Assembly (NCBI GenBank): GCA_964016885.1
Contig: OZ024741.1
Location: 337,280,001 to 337,344,000, forward strand
DNA from: Eledone cirrhosa
Lineage: Eukaryota
DNA: 64,000 nt
Direction of reading: 5' to 3'
In this document: positions 32,889 through 47,800 of the stretch, piece after piece
Numbering within the stretch: the stretch's first letter is position 1
Layout of the letters: the number at the start of each line of letters is the position of its first letter
Program-made: the position numbers and the translations under genes
Notes under the pieces: model-generated
Seen by the model: the letters and a program-made list of their open reading frames with translations, nothing else
What the model was told of the DNA's origin: nothing
The model's database searches: none

Positions 32889-35800
32889 CACAGTAATTAC
32901 TGGAAACTTGAGTTACAGAGATAGTTTCTTATACACAGTAATTACTGGAAACTTGAGTTACACAGATCGTTTCTTATACACAGTAATTACTGGAAACTTG
33001 TGTTACAGAGATAGTTTCTTATACACAGTAATTACTGGAAACTTGTGTTACACAGATAGTTTCTTATACACAGTAATTACTGAAAACTTGTGTTACACAG
33101 ATAGTTTCTTATACACAGTAATTACTGGAAACTTGTGTTACAGAGATAGTTTCTTATACACAGTAATTACTGGAAACTTGTGTTACAGAGATAGTTTCTT
33201 ATACACAGTAATTACTGGAAACTTGTGTTACACAGATAGTTTCTTATACACAGTAATTACTGGAAACTTGTGTTACACAGATAGTTTCTTATACACAGTA
33301 ATTACTGAAAACTTGTGTTACACAGATAGTTTCTTATACACAGTAATTACTGGAAACTTGTGTTACACGGATAGTTTCTTATACACAGTAATTACTGGAA
33401 ACTTGTGTTACACGGATAGTTTCTTATACACAGTAATTACTGGAAACTTGTGTTACACAGATAGTTTCTTATACACAGTAATTACTGGAAACTTGTGTTA
33501 CACAGATAGTTTCTTATACACAGTAATTACTGGAAACTTGTGTTACACAGATAGTTTCTTATACACAGTAATTACTGGAAACTTGTGTTACACAGATCGT
33601 TTCTTATACACAGTAATTACTGGAAACTTGTGTTACACAGATAGTTTCTTATACACAGTAATTACTGGGAACTTGTGTTACACAGATAGTTTCTGATACA
33701 CAGTAATTACTGGAAACTTGTGTTACACGGATAGTTTCTTATACACAGTAATTACTGGAAACTTGTGTTACACAGATAGTTTCTTATACACAGTAATTAC
33801 TGGAAACTTGTGTTACACAGATCGTTTCTTATACACAGTAATTACTGGAAACTTGTGTTACACAGATAGTTTCTTATACACAGTAATTACTGAAAACTTG
33901 TGTTACACAGATAGTTTCTTATACACAGTAATTACTGGAAACTTGTGTTACAGAGATAGTTTCTTATACACAGTAATTACTGGAAACTTGTGTTACAGAG
34001 ATAGTTTCTTATACACAGTAATTACTGGAAACTTGTGTTACACAGATAGTTTCTTATACACAGTAATTACTGGAAACTTGTGTTACACAGATAGTTTCTT
34101 ATACACAGTAATTACTGAAAACTTGTGTTACACAGATAGTTTCTTATACACAGTAATTACTGGAAACTTGTGTTACACGGATAGTTTCTTATACACAGTA
34201 ATTACTGGAAACTTGTGTTACACGGATAGTTTCTTATACACAGTAATTACTGGAAACTTGTGTTACACAGATAGTTTCTTATACACAGTAATTACTGGAA
34301 ACTTGTGTTACACAGATAGTTTCTTATACACAGTAATTACTGGAAACTTGTGTTACACAGATAGTTTCTTATACACAGTAATTACTGGAAACTTGTGTTA
34401 CACAGATAGTTTCTTATACACAGTAATTACTGGAAACTTGTGTTACACAGATAGTTTCTGATACACAGTAATTACTGGAAACTTGTGTTACACAGATCGT
34501 TTCTTATACACAGTAATTACTGGAAACTCGTGTTACACAGATAGTTTCTGATACACAGTAATTACTGGAAACTTGTGTTACACAGATCGTTTCTTATACA
34601 CAGTAATTACTGGAAACTTGTGTTACACAGATAGTTTCTTATACACAGTATTTACTGGAAACTTGTCTCACACAGATAGTTTCTTTTACACAGTATTTAC
34701 TGGAAACTTGTGTTACACAGATAGTTTCTGATACACAGTAATTACTGGAAACTTGTGTTACACAGAAAGTTTCTGATACACAGTAATTACTGGAAACTTG
34801 TGTTACACAGATAGTTTCTTATACACAGTAATTACTGGAAACTTGTGTTAGACAGATAGTTTCTTATACACAGTAATTACTGGAAACGTGTGTTAGACAG
34901 ATAGTTTCTTATACACAGTAATTACTGGAAACTTGTGTTACACAGATAGTTTCTTATACACAGTAATTACTGGAAACTTGTGTTAGACAGATAGTTTCTT
35001 ATACACAGTAATTACTGGAAACTTGTGTTACACAGATCGTTTCTTATACACAGTAATTACTGGAAACTTGTGTTACACAGATAGTTTCTTATACACAGTA
35101 TTTACTGGAAACTTGTCTCACACAGATAGTTTCTTTTACACAGTATTTACTGGAAACTTGTGTTACACAGATAGTTTCTCATACACAGTAATTACTGGAA
35201 ACTTGTGTTACACAGATAGTTGCTGATACACAGTAATTATTGGAAAATTTGGTTACACAGATAGTTTCTGATAAACAGTAATTACTGGAAACTTGTGTTA
35301 CACAGATTGTTTCTGTGACACAGTAATTATTGGAAACTTGTGTTACACAGATAGTTTCTTTTACACAGTAATTATTGGAAACTTTTGTTACACAGATTGA
35401 TCCTCATACACAGTATTTACTGGAAAGTTGTGTTACACAGATAGTTTCTTTTACACAGTAATTACTGGAAACTTGTGTTACACAGATAGTTTCTTATACA
35501 CAGTAATTACTGGAGACTTGTGTTACACAGATAGTTTCAGATACACAGTAATTACTGGAGACTTGTGTTACACAGATAGTTTCAGATACACAGTGATTAT
35601 TGGAAACATGTGTTACACACATAGTTTCTTATTCACAGTAATTACTGGAGACTTGTGTTACACAGATTGTTTCCGATACACAGTAATTATTGGAACTTGT
35701 GTTACACAGATAGTTTCTTATACACAGTAATTACTGGAAACTTGTGTTACACAGATAGTTTCTAATATACAGTAATTACTGAAAACTTGTGTTACACAGA

Positions 35801-38800
35801 TAGTTTCTGATACACAGTAATTACTGGAAACTTCTGTTACGCAGATAGTTTCTGATACACAGTAATTACTGGAAACTTGTGTTACACAGATAGTTTCTTA
35901 TACACAGTAATTACTGGAGACTTGTGTTACACAGATAGTTTCAGATACACAGTAATTAATGGAAACTTGTGTTACTCAGATAATTTATTATACACAGTAA
36001 TTACTGGAAACTTGTGTTACACAGATAGATTCAGATACACAGTAATTATTGGAAACTTGTGTTACACACATAGTTTCTTATACACAGTAATTACTGGAGA
36101 CTTGTGTTACACATATAGTTTCCGATACAAAGTAATTATTGGAAGTTGTGTTACACAGATAGTTTCTTTTACACAGTAATTATTGGAAACTTTTGTTACA
36201 CAGATTGTTCCTCATACACAGTATTTACTGGAAACTTCTGTTACACAGATAGTTTCTTTTACACAGTAATTACTGTAAACTTGTGTTACACAGATAGTTT
36301 CTTATACACAGTAATTACTGGAAACTTGTGTTACACAGATAGTTTCTTATACACAGTAATTACTGGAGACTTGTGTTACACAGATAGATTCAGATACACA
36401 GTAATTATTGGAAACTTGTGTTACACACATAGTTTCTCATACACAGTAATTACTGGAGACTTGTGTTACATAGATAGTTTCCGATACACAGTAATTATTG
36501 GAACTTGTGTTACACAGATAGTTTCTTATACACAGTAATTACTGGAAACTTGTGTTACACAGATAGTTTCTTATACACAGTAATTACTGGAAACTTGTGT
36601 TACACGGATAGTTTCTTATACACAGTAATTACTGGAAACTTGTGTTACACGGATAGTTTCTTATACACAGTAATTACTGGAAACTTGTGTTACACAGATA
36701 GTTTCTTATACACAGTAATTACTGGAAACTTGTGTTACACAGATAGTTTCTTATACACAGTAATTACTGGAAACTTGTGTTACACAGATAGTTTCTTATA
36801 CACAGTAATTACTGGAAACTTGTGTTACACAGATCGTTTCTTATACACAGTTATTACTGGAAACTTGTGTTACACAGATAGTTTCTTATACACAGTAATT
36901 ACTGGAAACTTGTGTTACACAGATAGTTTCTGATACACAGTAATTACTGGAAACTTGTGTTACACGGATAGTTTCTTATACACAGTAATTACTGGAAACT
37001 TGTGTTACACAGATAGTTTCTTATACACAGTAATTACTGGAAACTTGTGTTACACAGATCGTTTCTTATACACAGTAATTACTGGAAACTTGTGTTACAC
37101 AGATAGTTTCTTATACACAGTAATTACTGAAAACTTGTGTTACACAGATAGTTTCTTATACACAGTAATTACTGGAAACTTGTGTTACAGAGATAGTTTC
37201 TTATACACAGTAATTACTGGAAACTTGTGTTACAGAGATAGTTTCTTATACACAGTAATTACTGGAAACTTGTGTTACACAGATAGTTTCTTATACACAG
37301 TAATTACTGGAAACTTGTGTTACACAGATAGTTTCTTATACACAGTAATTACTGAAAACTTGTGTTACACAGATAGTTTCTTATACACAGTAATTACTGG
37401 AAACTTGTGTTACACGGATAGTTTCTTATACACAGTAATTACTGGAAACTTGTGTTACACGGATAGTTTCTTATACACAGTAATTACTGGAAACTTGTGT
37501 TACACAGATAGTTTCTTATACACAGTAATTACTGGAAACTTGTGTTACACAGATAGTTTCTTATACACAGTAATTACTGGAAACTTGTGTTACACAGATA
37601 GTTTCTTATACACAGTAATTACTGGAAACTTGTGTTACACAGATAGTTTCTTATACACAGTAATTACTGGAAACTTGTGTTACACAGATAGTTTCTGATA
37701 CACAGTAATTACTGGAAACTTGTGTTACACAGATCGTTTCTTATACACAGTAATTACTGGAAACTCGTGTTACACAGATAGTTTCTGATACACAGTAATT
37801 ACTGGAAACTTGTGTTACACAGATCGTTTCTTATACACAGTAATTACTGGAAACTTGTGTTACACAGATAGTTTCTTATACACAGTATTTACTGGAAACT
37901 TGTCTCACACAGATAGTTTCTTTTACACAGTATTTACTGGAAACTTGTGTTACACAGATAGTTTCTGATACACAGTAATTACTGGAAACTTGTGTTACAC
38001 AGAAAGTTTCTGATACACAGTAATTACTGGAAACTTGTGTTACACAGATAGTTTCTTATACACAGTAATTACTGGAAACTTGTGTTAGACAGATAGTTTC
38101 TTATACACAGTAATTACTGGAAACGTGTGTTAGACAGATAGTTTCTTATACACAGTAATTACTGGAAACTTGTGTTACACAGATAGTTTCTTATACACAG
38201 TAATTACTGGAAACTTGTGTTAGACAGATAGTTTCTTATACACAGTAATTACTGGAAACTTGTGTTACACAGATCGTTTCTTATACACAGTAATTACTGG
38301 AAACTTGTGTTACACAGATAGTTTCTTATACACAGTATTTACTGGAAACTTGTCTCACACAGATAGTTTCTTTTACACAGTATTTACTGGAAACTTGTGT
38401 TACACAGATAGTTTCTCATACACAGTAATTACTGGAAACTTGTGTTACACAGATAGTTGCTGATACACAGTAATTATTGGAAAATTTGGTTACACAGATA
38501 GTTTCTGATAAACAGTAATTACTGGAAACTTGTGTTACACAGATTGTTTCTGTGACACAGTAATTATTGGAAACTTGTGTTACACAGATAGTTTCTTTTA
38601 CACAGTAATTATTGGAAACTTTTGTTACACAGATTGATCCTCATATACAGTATTTACTGGAAAGTTGTGTTACACAGATAGTTTCTTTTACACAGTAATT
38701 ACTGGAAACTTGTGTTACACAGATAGTTTCTTATACACAGTAATTACTGGAGACTTGTGTTACACAGATAGTTTCAGATACACAGTAATTACTGGAGACT

Positions 38801-41800
38801 TGTGTTACACAGATAGTTTCAGATACACAGTGATTATTGGAAACATGTGTTACACACATAGTTTCTTATTCACAGTAATTACTGGAGACTTGTGTTACAC
38901 AGATTGTTTCCGATACACAGTAATTATTGGAACTTGTGTTACACAGATAGTTTCTTATACACAGTAATTACTGGAAACTTGTGTTACACAGATAGTTTCT
39001 AATATACAGTAATTACTGAAAACTTGTGTTACACAGATAGTTTCTGATACACAGTAATTACTGGAAACTTCTGTTACGCAGATAGTTTCTGATACACAGT
39101 AATTACTGGAAACTTGTGTTACACAGATAGTTTCTTATACACAGTAATTACTGGAGACTTGTGTTACACAGATAGTTTCAGATACACAGTAATTAATGGA
39201 AACTTGTGTTACTCAGATAATTTATTATACACAGTAATTACTGGAAACTTGTGTTACACAGATAGATTCAGATACACAGTAATTATTGGAAACTTGTGTT
39301 ACACACATAGTTTCTTATACACAGTAATTACTGGAGACTTGTGTTACACATATAGTTTCCGATACAAAGTAATTATTGGAAGTTGTGTTACACAGATAGT
39401 TTCTTTTACACAGTAATTATTGGAAACTTTTGTTACACAGATTGTTCCTCATACACAGTATTTACTGGAAACTTCTGTTACACAGATAGTTTCTTTTACA
39501 CAGTAATTACTGTAAACTTGTGTTACACAGATAGTTTCTTATACACAGTAATTACTGGAAACTTGTGTTACACAGATAGTTTCTTATACACAGTAATTAC
39601 TGGAGACTTGTGTTACACAGATAGATTCAGATACACAGTAATTATTGGAAACTTGTGTTACACACATAGTTTCTCATACACAGTAATTACTGGAGACTTG
39701 TGTTACATAGATAGTTTCCGATACACAGTAATTATTGGAACTTGTGTTACACAGATAGTTTCTTATACACAGTAATTACTGGAAACTTGTGTTACACAGA
39801 TAGTTTCTAATATACAGTAATTACTGAAAACTTGTGTTACACGGATAGTTTCTGATACACAGTAATTACTGGAAACTTCTGTTACACAGATAGTTTCTTA
39901 TACAGAGTAATTACTGGAGACTTGTGTTACACAGATAGTTTCTCATACACAGTAATTACTGGAGACTTGTGTTACACAGATAGTTTCAGATACACAGTAA
40001 TTATTGGAAACTTGTGTTACTCAGATAGTTTCTTATACACAGTAATTACTGGAAAATGCTGTTACACAGATAGTTTCTTATACACAGTATTTACTGGAAA
40101 CCTTTCTTATACGCGGTAATTACTGGAAACTTGTGTTACACAGATAGTTTCTTATACCCAGTAATTACTGGAAACTTGTGTTACACAGATAGTTTCTTAT
40201 ACACAGTAATTATTGGAAACTTGTGTTACACACATAGTTTCTTATACACAGTAATTACTGGAGACTTGTGTTACAGAGATAGTTTCTGATACACAGTAAT
40301 TATTGGAAAATTGTGTTACACAGATAGTTTCTTATACACAGTAATTACTGGAAACTACTGTTACACAGATAGTTTCTGATACACAGTAATTACTGGAAAC
40401 TTGTGTTAGACAGATAGTTTCTTTTACACAGTAATTACTGGAAACTTGTGTTACACAGATAGTTTCTTTTACACAGTAATTACTGGAAACTTGTGTTACA
40501 CAGATAGTTTCTGATACACAGTAATTACTGAAAACTTGTGTTACACAGATAGTTTCTTATACACAGTAATTACTGAAAACTTGTGTTACACAGATAGCTT
40601 CTTATACACAGTAATTACTGGAAACTTGTGTTACACAGATAGTTTCTTTTACACAGTAATTACTGGAAACTTGTGTTACACAGATAGTTTCTTATACACA
40701 GTAATTACTGGAAACTTGTGTTACGCAGATAGTTTCTGATACACAGTAATTACTGGAGACTTGTGTTACACAGATAGTTTCTGATACACAGTAATTACTG
40801 GAAACTTGTGTTACACAGATAGTTTCTTTTACACACTAATTACTGTAAACTTGTGTTACACAGATAGTTTCTGATACACAGTAATTACTGGAAACTTGTG
40901 TTACACAGATAGTTTCTTTTACACAGTAATTACTGGAGACTTGTGTTACACAGATAGTTTCTGATACACAGTAATTATTGGAAACTTGTGTTACACAGAT
41001 AGTTTCTTTTACACACTAATTACTGTAAACTTGTGTTACACAGATAGTTTCTGATACACAGTAATTACTGGAAACTTGTGTTACAGAGATAGTTTCTTTT
41101 ACACAGTAATTACTGGAAACTTCTGTTACACAGATAGTTTCTTTTACACAGTAATTACTGGAAACTTGTGTTACACAGATAGTTTCTGATACACAGTAAT
41201 TATTGGAAACTTGTGTTACACAGATAGTTTCTGATACACAGTAATTATTGGAAACTTGTGTTACACAGATAGTTTCTGATACACAGTAATTATTGGAAAC
41301 TTGTGTTACACAGATAGTTTCTTTTACACACTAATTACTGTAAACTTGTGTTACACAGATAGTTTCTGATACACAGTAATTACTGGAAACTTGTGTTACA
41401 CAGATAGTTTCTTACACACAGTAATTACTTGGAAGTGGTGTTACACAGATAGCTTCTTATACACAGTAATTACTGGAAACTTGTGTTACACAGATAGTTT
41501 CTTTTACACAGTAATTACTGGAAACTTGTGTTACACAGATAGTTTCTGATACACAGTAATTACTGGAAACTTGTGTTACACAGATAGTTTCTGATACACA
41601 GTAATTACTGGAAACTTGTGTTACACAGATAGTTTCTGATACACATTAATTATTGGAAACTTGTGTTACACAGATAGTTTCTTATACACAGTAATTACTG
41701 GAAACTTGTGTTACACAGATAGTTTCTTATACACAGTAATTATTGTAAAATTGTTTTACACAGATAGTTTCTGTGACACAGTAATTACTGGAAACTCGTG

Positions 41801-44800
41801 TTACACAGATAGATTCTGATACACAGTAATTACTGAAAACTTGTGTTACACAGATAGTTTCTGATACACAGTAATTACTGGAAACTTGTGTTACACAGAG
41901 AGTTTCTTATACACAGTATTTACTGGAAACTTGTGTTACACAGATAGTTTCTTATACACAGTAATTATTGTAAAATTGTTTTACACAGATAGTTTCTGTG
42001 ACACAGTAATTACTGGAAACTTGTGTTACACAGATAGTTTCTTTTACACAGTAATTACTGGAAACTTGTGTTACACAGATAGTTACTTATACACAGTAAT
42101 TATTGGAAACTTGTGTTACACAGATAGTTTCTTATACACAGTAATTACTGGAAACTTGTGTTAGACACATAGTTTCTTATACACAGTAATTACTGGAAAC
42201 TTGTGTTACACAGATAGTTTCTTATACACAGTAATTACTGGAAACTTGTGTTAGACAGATTGTTTCTTATACACAGTATTTACTGGAAACTTGTGTTACA
42301 CAGATAGTTTCTTTTACACAGTAATTACTGTAAACTTGTGTTACACAGATAGTTTCTTATACACAGTAATTACTGGAAACTTGTGTTACACAGATAGTTT
42401 CTTATACACAGTAATTACTGGAAACTTGTGTTACACAGATAGTTTCTTATACACAGTAATTACTGGAAACTTGTGTTACACAGATAGTTTCTTATACACA
42501 GTAATTACTGGAAACTTGTGTTACACAGATAGTTTCTTATACACAGTAATTACTGGAAACTTGTGTTACACAGATAGTTTCAGATACACAGTAATCATTG
42601 GAACTTGTGTTACACAGATAGTTTCTTATACACAGTAATTACTGGAGACTTGTGTTACACAGATAGTTTCAGATACACAGTAATTACTGGAAACTTGTGT
42701 TACACAGATAGTTTCTTATACACAGTAATTACTGGAAACTTTTGTTAGACAGATAGTTTCTTATACACAGTATTTACTGGAGACTTGTGTTACACAGATA
42801 GTTTCTTATACACAGTAATTACTGGAAACTTGTGTTACACAGATAGTTTCTTATACACAGTAATTACTGGACACTTGTGTTACAGAGATAGTTTCTGATA
42901 CACAGTAATTACTGGAAACTTGTGTTACACAGATAGTTTCTGATACACAGTAATTACTGGAAACTTGTGTTACACAGATAGTTTCTTATACACAGTAATT
43001 ACTGGAAACTTGTGTTACACAGATAGCATCTTATACACAGTAATTACTGGAAACTTGTGTTACACAGATAGTTTCTTATACACAGTAATTACTGGAAACA
43101 TGTGTTACACAGATAGTTTCAGATACACAGTAATTACTGGAAACTTGTGTTACACAGATAGTTTCTTATACACAGTAATTACTGGAAACTTGTGTTACAC
43201 AGATAGTTTCTTATACACAGTAATTACTGGAAACTAGTGTTACACAGATAGTTTCGTTTACACAGTAATTACTGGAAACTTGTGTTACACAGATAGTTTC
43301 TTATACACAGTAATTACTGGAAACTTGTGTTACACAGATAGCATCTTATACACAGTATTTAATGGAGACTTGTGTTACACAGATAGTTTCTTATACACAG
43401 TAATTACTGGAAACTTGTGTTACACAGATAGTTTCTTATACACAGTAATTACTGGAGACTTGTGTTACAGAGATAGTTTCTGATACACAGTAATTACTGG
43501 AAACTTGTGTTACACAGATAGTTTCTGATACACAGTAATTACTGGAAACTTGTGTTACACAGATAGTTTCTTATACACAGTAATTACTGGAAACTTGTGT
43601 TACACAGATAGCATCTTATACACAGTAATTACTGGAAACTTGTGTTACACAGATAGTTTCTTATACACAGTAATTACTGGAAACATGTGTTACACAGATA
43701 GTTTCAGATACACAGTAATTACTGGAAACTTGTGTTACACAGATAGTTTCTTATACACAGTAATTACTGGAAACTTGTGTTACACAGATAGTTTCTTATA
43801 CACAGTAATTACTGGAAACTAGTGTTACACAGAGAGTTTCTTATACACAGTATTTACTGGAAACTTGTGTTACACAGATAGTTTCTTATACACAGTAATT
43901 ATTGTAAAATTGTTTTACACAGATAGTTTCTGTGACACAGTAATTACTGGAAACTTGTGTTACACAGATAGTTTCTTTTACACAGTAATTACTGGAAACT
44001 TGTGTTACACAGATAGTTACTTATACACAGTAATTATTGGAAACTTGTGTTACACAGATAGTTTCTTATACACAGTAATTACTGGAAACTTGTGTTAGAC
44101 ACATAGTTTCTTATACACAGTAATTACTGGAAACTTGTGTTACACAGATAGTTTCTTATACACAGTAATTACTGGAAACTTGTGTTAGACAGATTGTTTC
44201 TTATACACAGTATTTACTGGAAACTTGTGTTACACAGATAGTTTCTTTTACACAGTAATTACTGTAAACTTGTGTTACACAGATAGTTTCTTATACACAG
44301 TAATTACTGGAAACTTGTGTTACACAGATAGTTTCTTATACACAGTAATTACTGGAAACTTGTGTTACACAGATAGTTTCTTATACACAGTAATTACTGG
44401 AAACTTGTGTTACACAGATAGTTTCTTATACACAGTAATTACTGGAAACTTGTGTTACACAGATAGTTTCTTATACACAGTAATTACTGGAAACTTGTGT
44501 TACACAGATAGTTTCAGATACACAGTAATCATTGGAACTTGTGTTACACAGATAGTTTCTTATACACAGTAATTACTGGAGACTTGTGTTACACAGATAG
44601 TTTCAGATACACAGTAATTACTGGAAACTTGTGTTACACAGATAGTTTCTTATACACAGTAATTACTGGAAACTTTTGTTAGACAGATAGTTTCTTATAC
44701 ACAGTATTTAATGGAGACTTGTGTTACACAGATAGTTTCTTATACACAGTAATTACTGGAAACTTGTGTTACACAGATAGTTTCTTATACACAGTAATTA

Positions 44801-47800
44801 CTGGAGACTTGTGTTACAGAGATAGTTTCTGATACACAGTAATTACTGGAAACTTGTGTTACACAGATAGTTTCTGATACACAGTAATTACTGGAAACTT
44901 GTGTTACACAGATAGTTTCTTATACACAGTAATTACTGGAAACTTGTGTTACACAGATAGCATCTTATACACAGTAATTACTGGAAACTTGTGTTACACA
45001 GATAGTTTCTTATACACAGTAATTACTGGAAACATGTGTTACACAGATAGTTTCAGATACACAGTAATTACTGGAAACTTGTGTTACACAGATAGTTTCT
45101 TATACACAGTAATTACTGGAAACTTGTGTTACACAGATAGTTTCTTATACACAGTAATTACTGGAAACTAGTGTTACACAGAGAGTTTCTTATACACAGT
45201 ATTTACTGGAAACTTGTGTTACACAGATAGTTTCTTATACACAGTAATTATTGTAAAATTGTTTTACACAGATAGTTTCTGTGACACAGTAATTACTGGA
45301 AACTTGTGTTACACAGATAGTTTCTTTTACACAGTAATTACTGGAAACTTGTGTTACACAGATAGTTACTTATACACAGTAATTATTGGAAACTTGTGTT
45401 ACACAGATAGTTTCTTATACACAGTAATTACTGGAAACTTGTGTTAGACACATAGTTTCTTATACACAGTAATTACTGGAAACTTGTGTTACACAGATAG
45501 TTTCTTATACACAGTAATTACTGGAAACTTGTGTTAGACAGATTGTTTCTTATACACAGTATTTACTGGAAACTTGTGTTACACAGATAGTTTCTTTTAC
45601 ACAGTAATTACTGTAAACTTGTGTTACACAGATAGTTTCTTATACACAGTAATTACTGGAAACTTGTGTTACACAGATAGTTTCTTATACACAGTAATTA
45701 CTGGAAACTTGTGTTACACAGATAGTTTCTTATACACAGTAATTACTGGAAACTTGTGTTACACAGATAGTTTCTTATACACAGTAATTACTGGAAACTT
45801 GTGTTACACAGATAGTTTCTTATACACAGTAATTACTGGAAACTTGTGTTACACAGATAGTTTCAGATACACAGTAATCATTGGAACTTGTGTTACACAG
45901 ATAGTTTCTTATACACAGTAATTACTGGAGACTTGTGTTACACAGATAGTTTCAGATACACAGTAATTACTGGAAACTTGTGTTACACAGATAGTTTCTT
46001 ATACACAGTAATTACTGGAAACTTTTGTTAGACAGATAGTTTCTTATACACAGTATTTAATGGAGACTTGTGTTACACAGATAGTTTCTTATACACAGTA
46101 ATTACTGGAAACTTGTGTTACACAGATAGTTTCTTATACACAGTAATTACTGGAGACTTGTGTTACAGAGATAGTTTCTGATACACAGTAATTACTGGAA
46201 ACTTGTGTTACACAGATAGTTTCTGATACACAGTAATTACTGGAAACTTGTGTTACACAGATAGTTTCTTATACACAGTAATTACTGGAAACTTGTGTTA
46301 CACAGATAGCATCTTATACACAGTAATTACTGGAAACTTGTGTTACACAGATAGTTTCTTATACACAGTAATTACTGGAAACATGTGTTACACAGATAGT
46401 TTCAGATACACAGTAATTACTGGAAACTTGTGTTACACAGATAGTTTCTTATACACAGTAATTACTGGAAACTTGTGTTACACAGATAGTTTCTTATACA
46501 CAGTAATTACTGGAAACTAGTGTTACACAGATAGTTTCGTTTACACAGTAATTACTGGAAACTTGTGTTACACAGATAGTTTCTTATACACAGTAATTAC
46601 TGGAAACTTGTGTTACACAGATAGCATCTTATACACAGTAATTACTGGAAACTTGTGTTACACAGATAGTTTCTTATACACAGTAATTACTGGAAACATG
46701 TGTTACACAGATAGTTTCTTATACACAGTAATTACTGGAGACTTGTGTTACACAGATAGTTTCAGATACACAGTAATTACTGGAAACTTGTGTTACACAG
46801 ATAGTTTCAGATACACAGTAATTACTGGAAACTTGTGTAACACAGATAGTTTCTTATACACAGTAATTACTGTAAACTTGTGTTACACAGATAGTTTCTT
46901 ATACACAGTAATTACTGGAAACTTGTGTTACACAGATAGTTTCTTATACACAGTAATTACTGGAAACTTGTGTTACACAGATAGTTTCTTATACACAGTA
47001 ATTACTGTAAACTTGTGTTACACAGATAGTTTCTTTTACACAGTAATTTTTGGAAACTTGTGTTACGCAGATAGTTTCTTATACACAGTAATTACTGGAG
47101 ACCTGTGTTACACAGATAGTTTCTGATACACAGTAACTACTTGGAAGTGGTGTTACACAGATAGTTTCTTATACACAGTAATTACTTGGAAGTGGTGTTA
47201 CACAGATAGTTTCTTATACACAGTAATTACTTGGAAGTGGTGTTACACAGATAGTTTCTTATACACAGTAACTACTTGGAAGTGGTGTTACACAGATAGT
47301 TTCTTATACACAGTAATTATTTGGAAGTGGTGTTACACAGATAGTTTCTTATACACAGTAATTACTTGGAAGTGGTGTTACACAGATAGTTTCTTATACA
47401 CAGTAATTACTGGAAACTTGTGTTACACAGATAGTTTCTTATACACAGTAGTTATTGGAACTTGTGTTACGCAGATAGTTTCTTATACACAGTAATTACT
47501 GGAAACTTGTGTTACACAGATAGTTTCTCATACACAGTAATTATTGGAAACTTGTGTTACACAGATAGTTTCTTATACACAGCAATTACTGGAAACTTGT
47601 GTTAGACAGATAGATTCTGATACACAGTAATTACTGGAAACTTGTGTTACACAGATAGTTTCTCATACACAGTAATTACTGGAAACTTGTGTTACACAGA
47701 TAGTTTCTTATACACAGTAATTACTGGAAACTTGTGTTACACAGATAGTTTCTGATACACAGTAATTACTGGAAACTTGTGTTACACAGATAGTTTCTTA

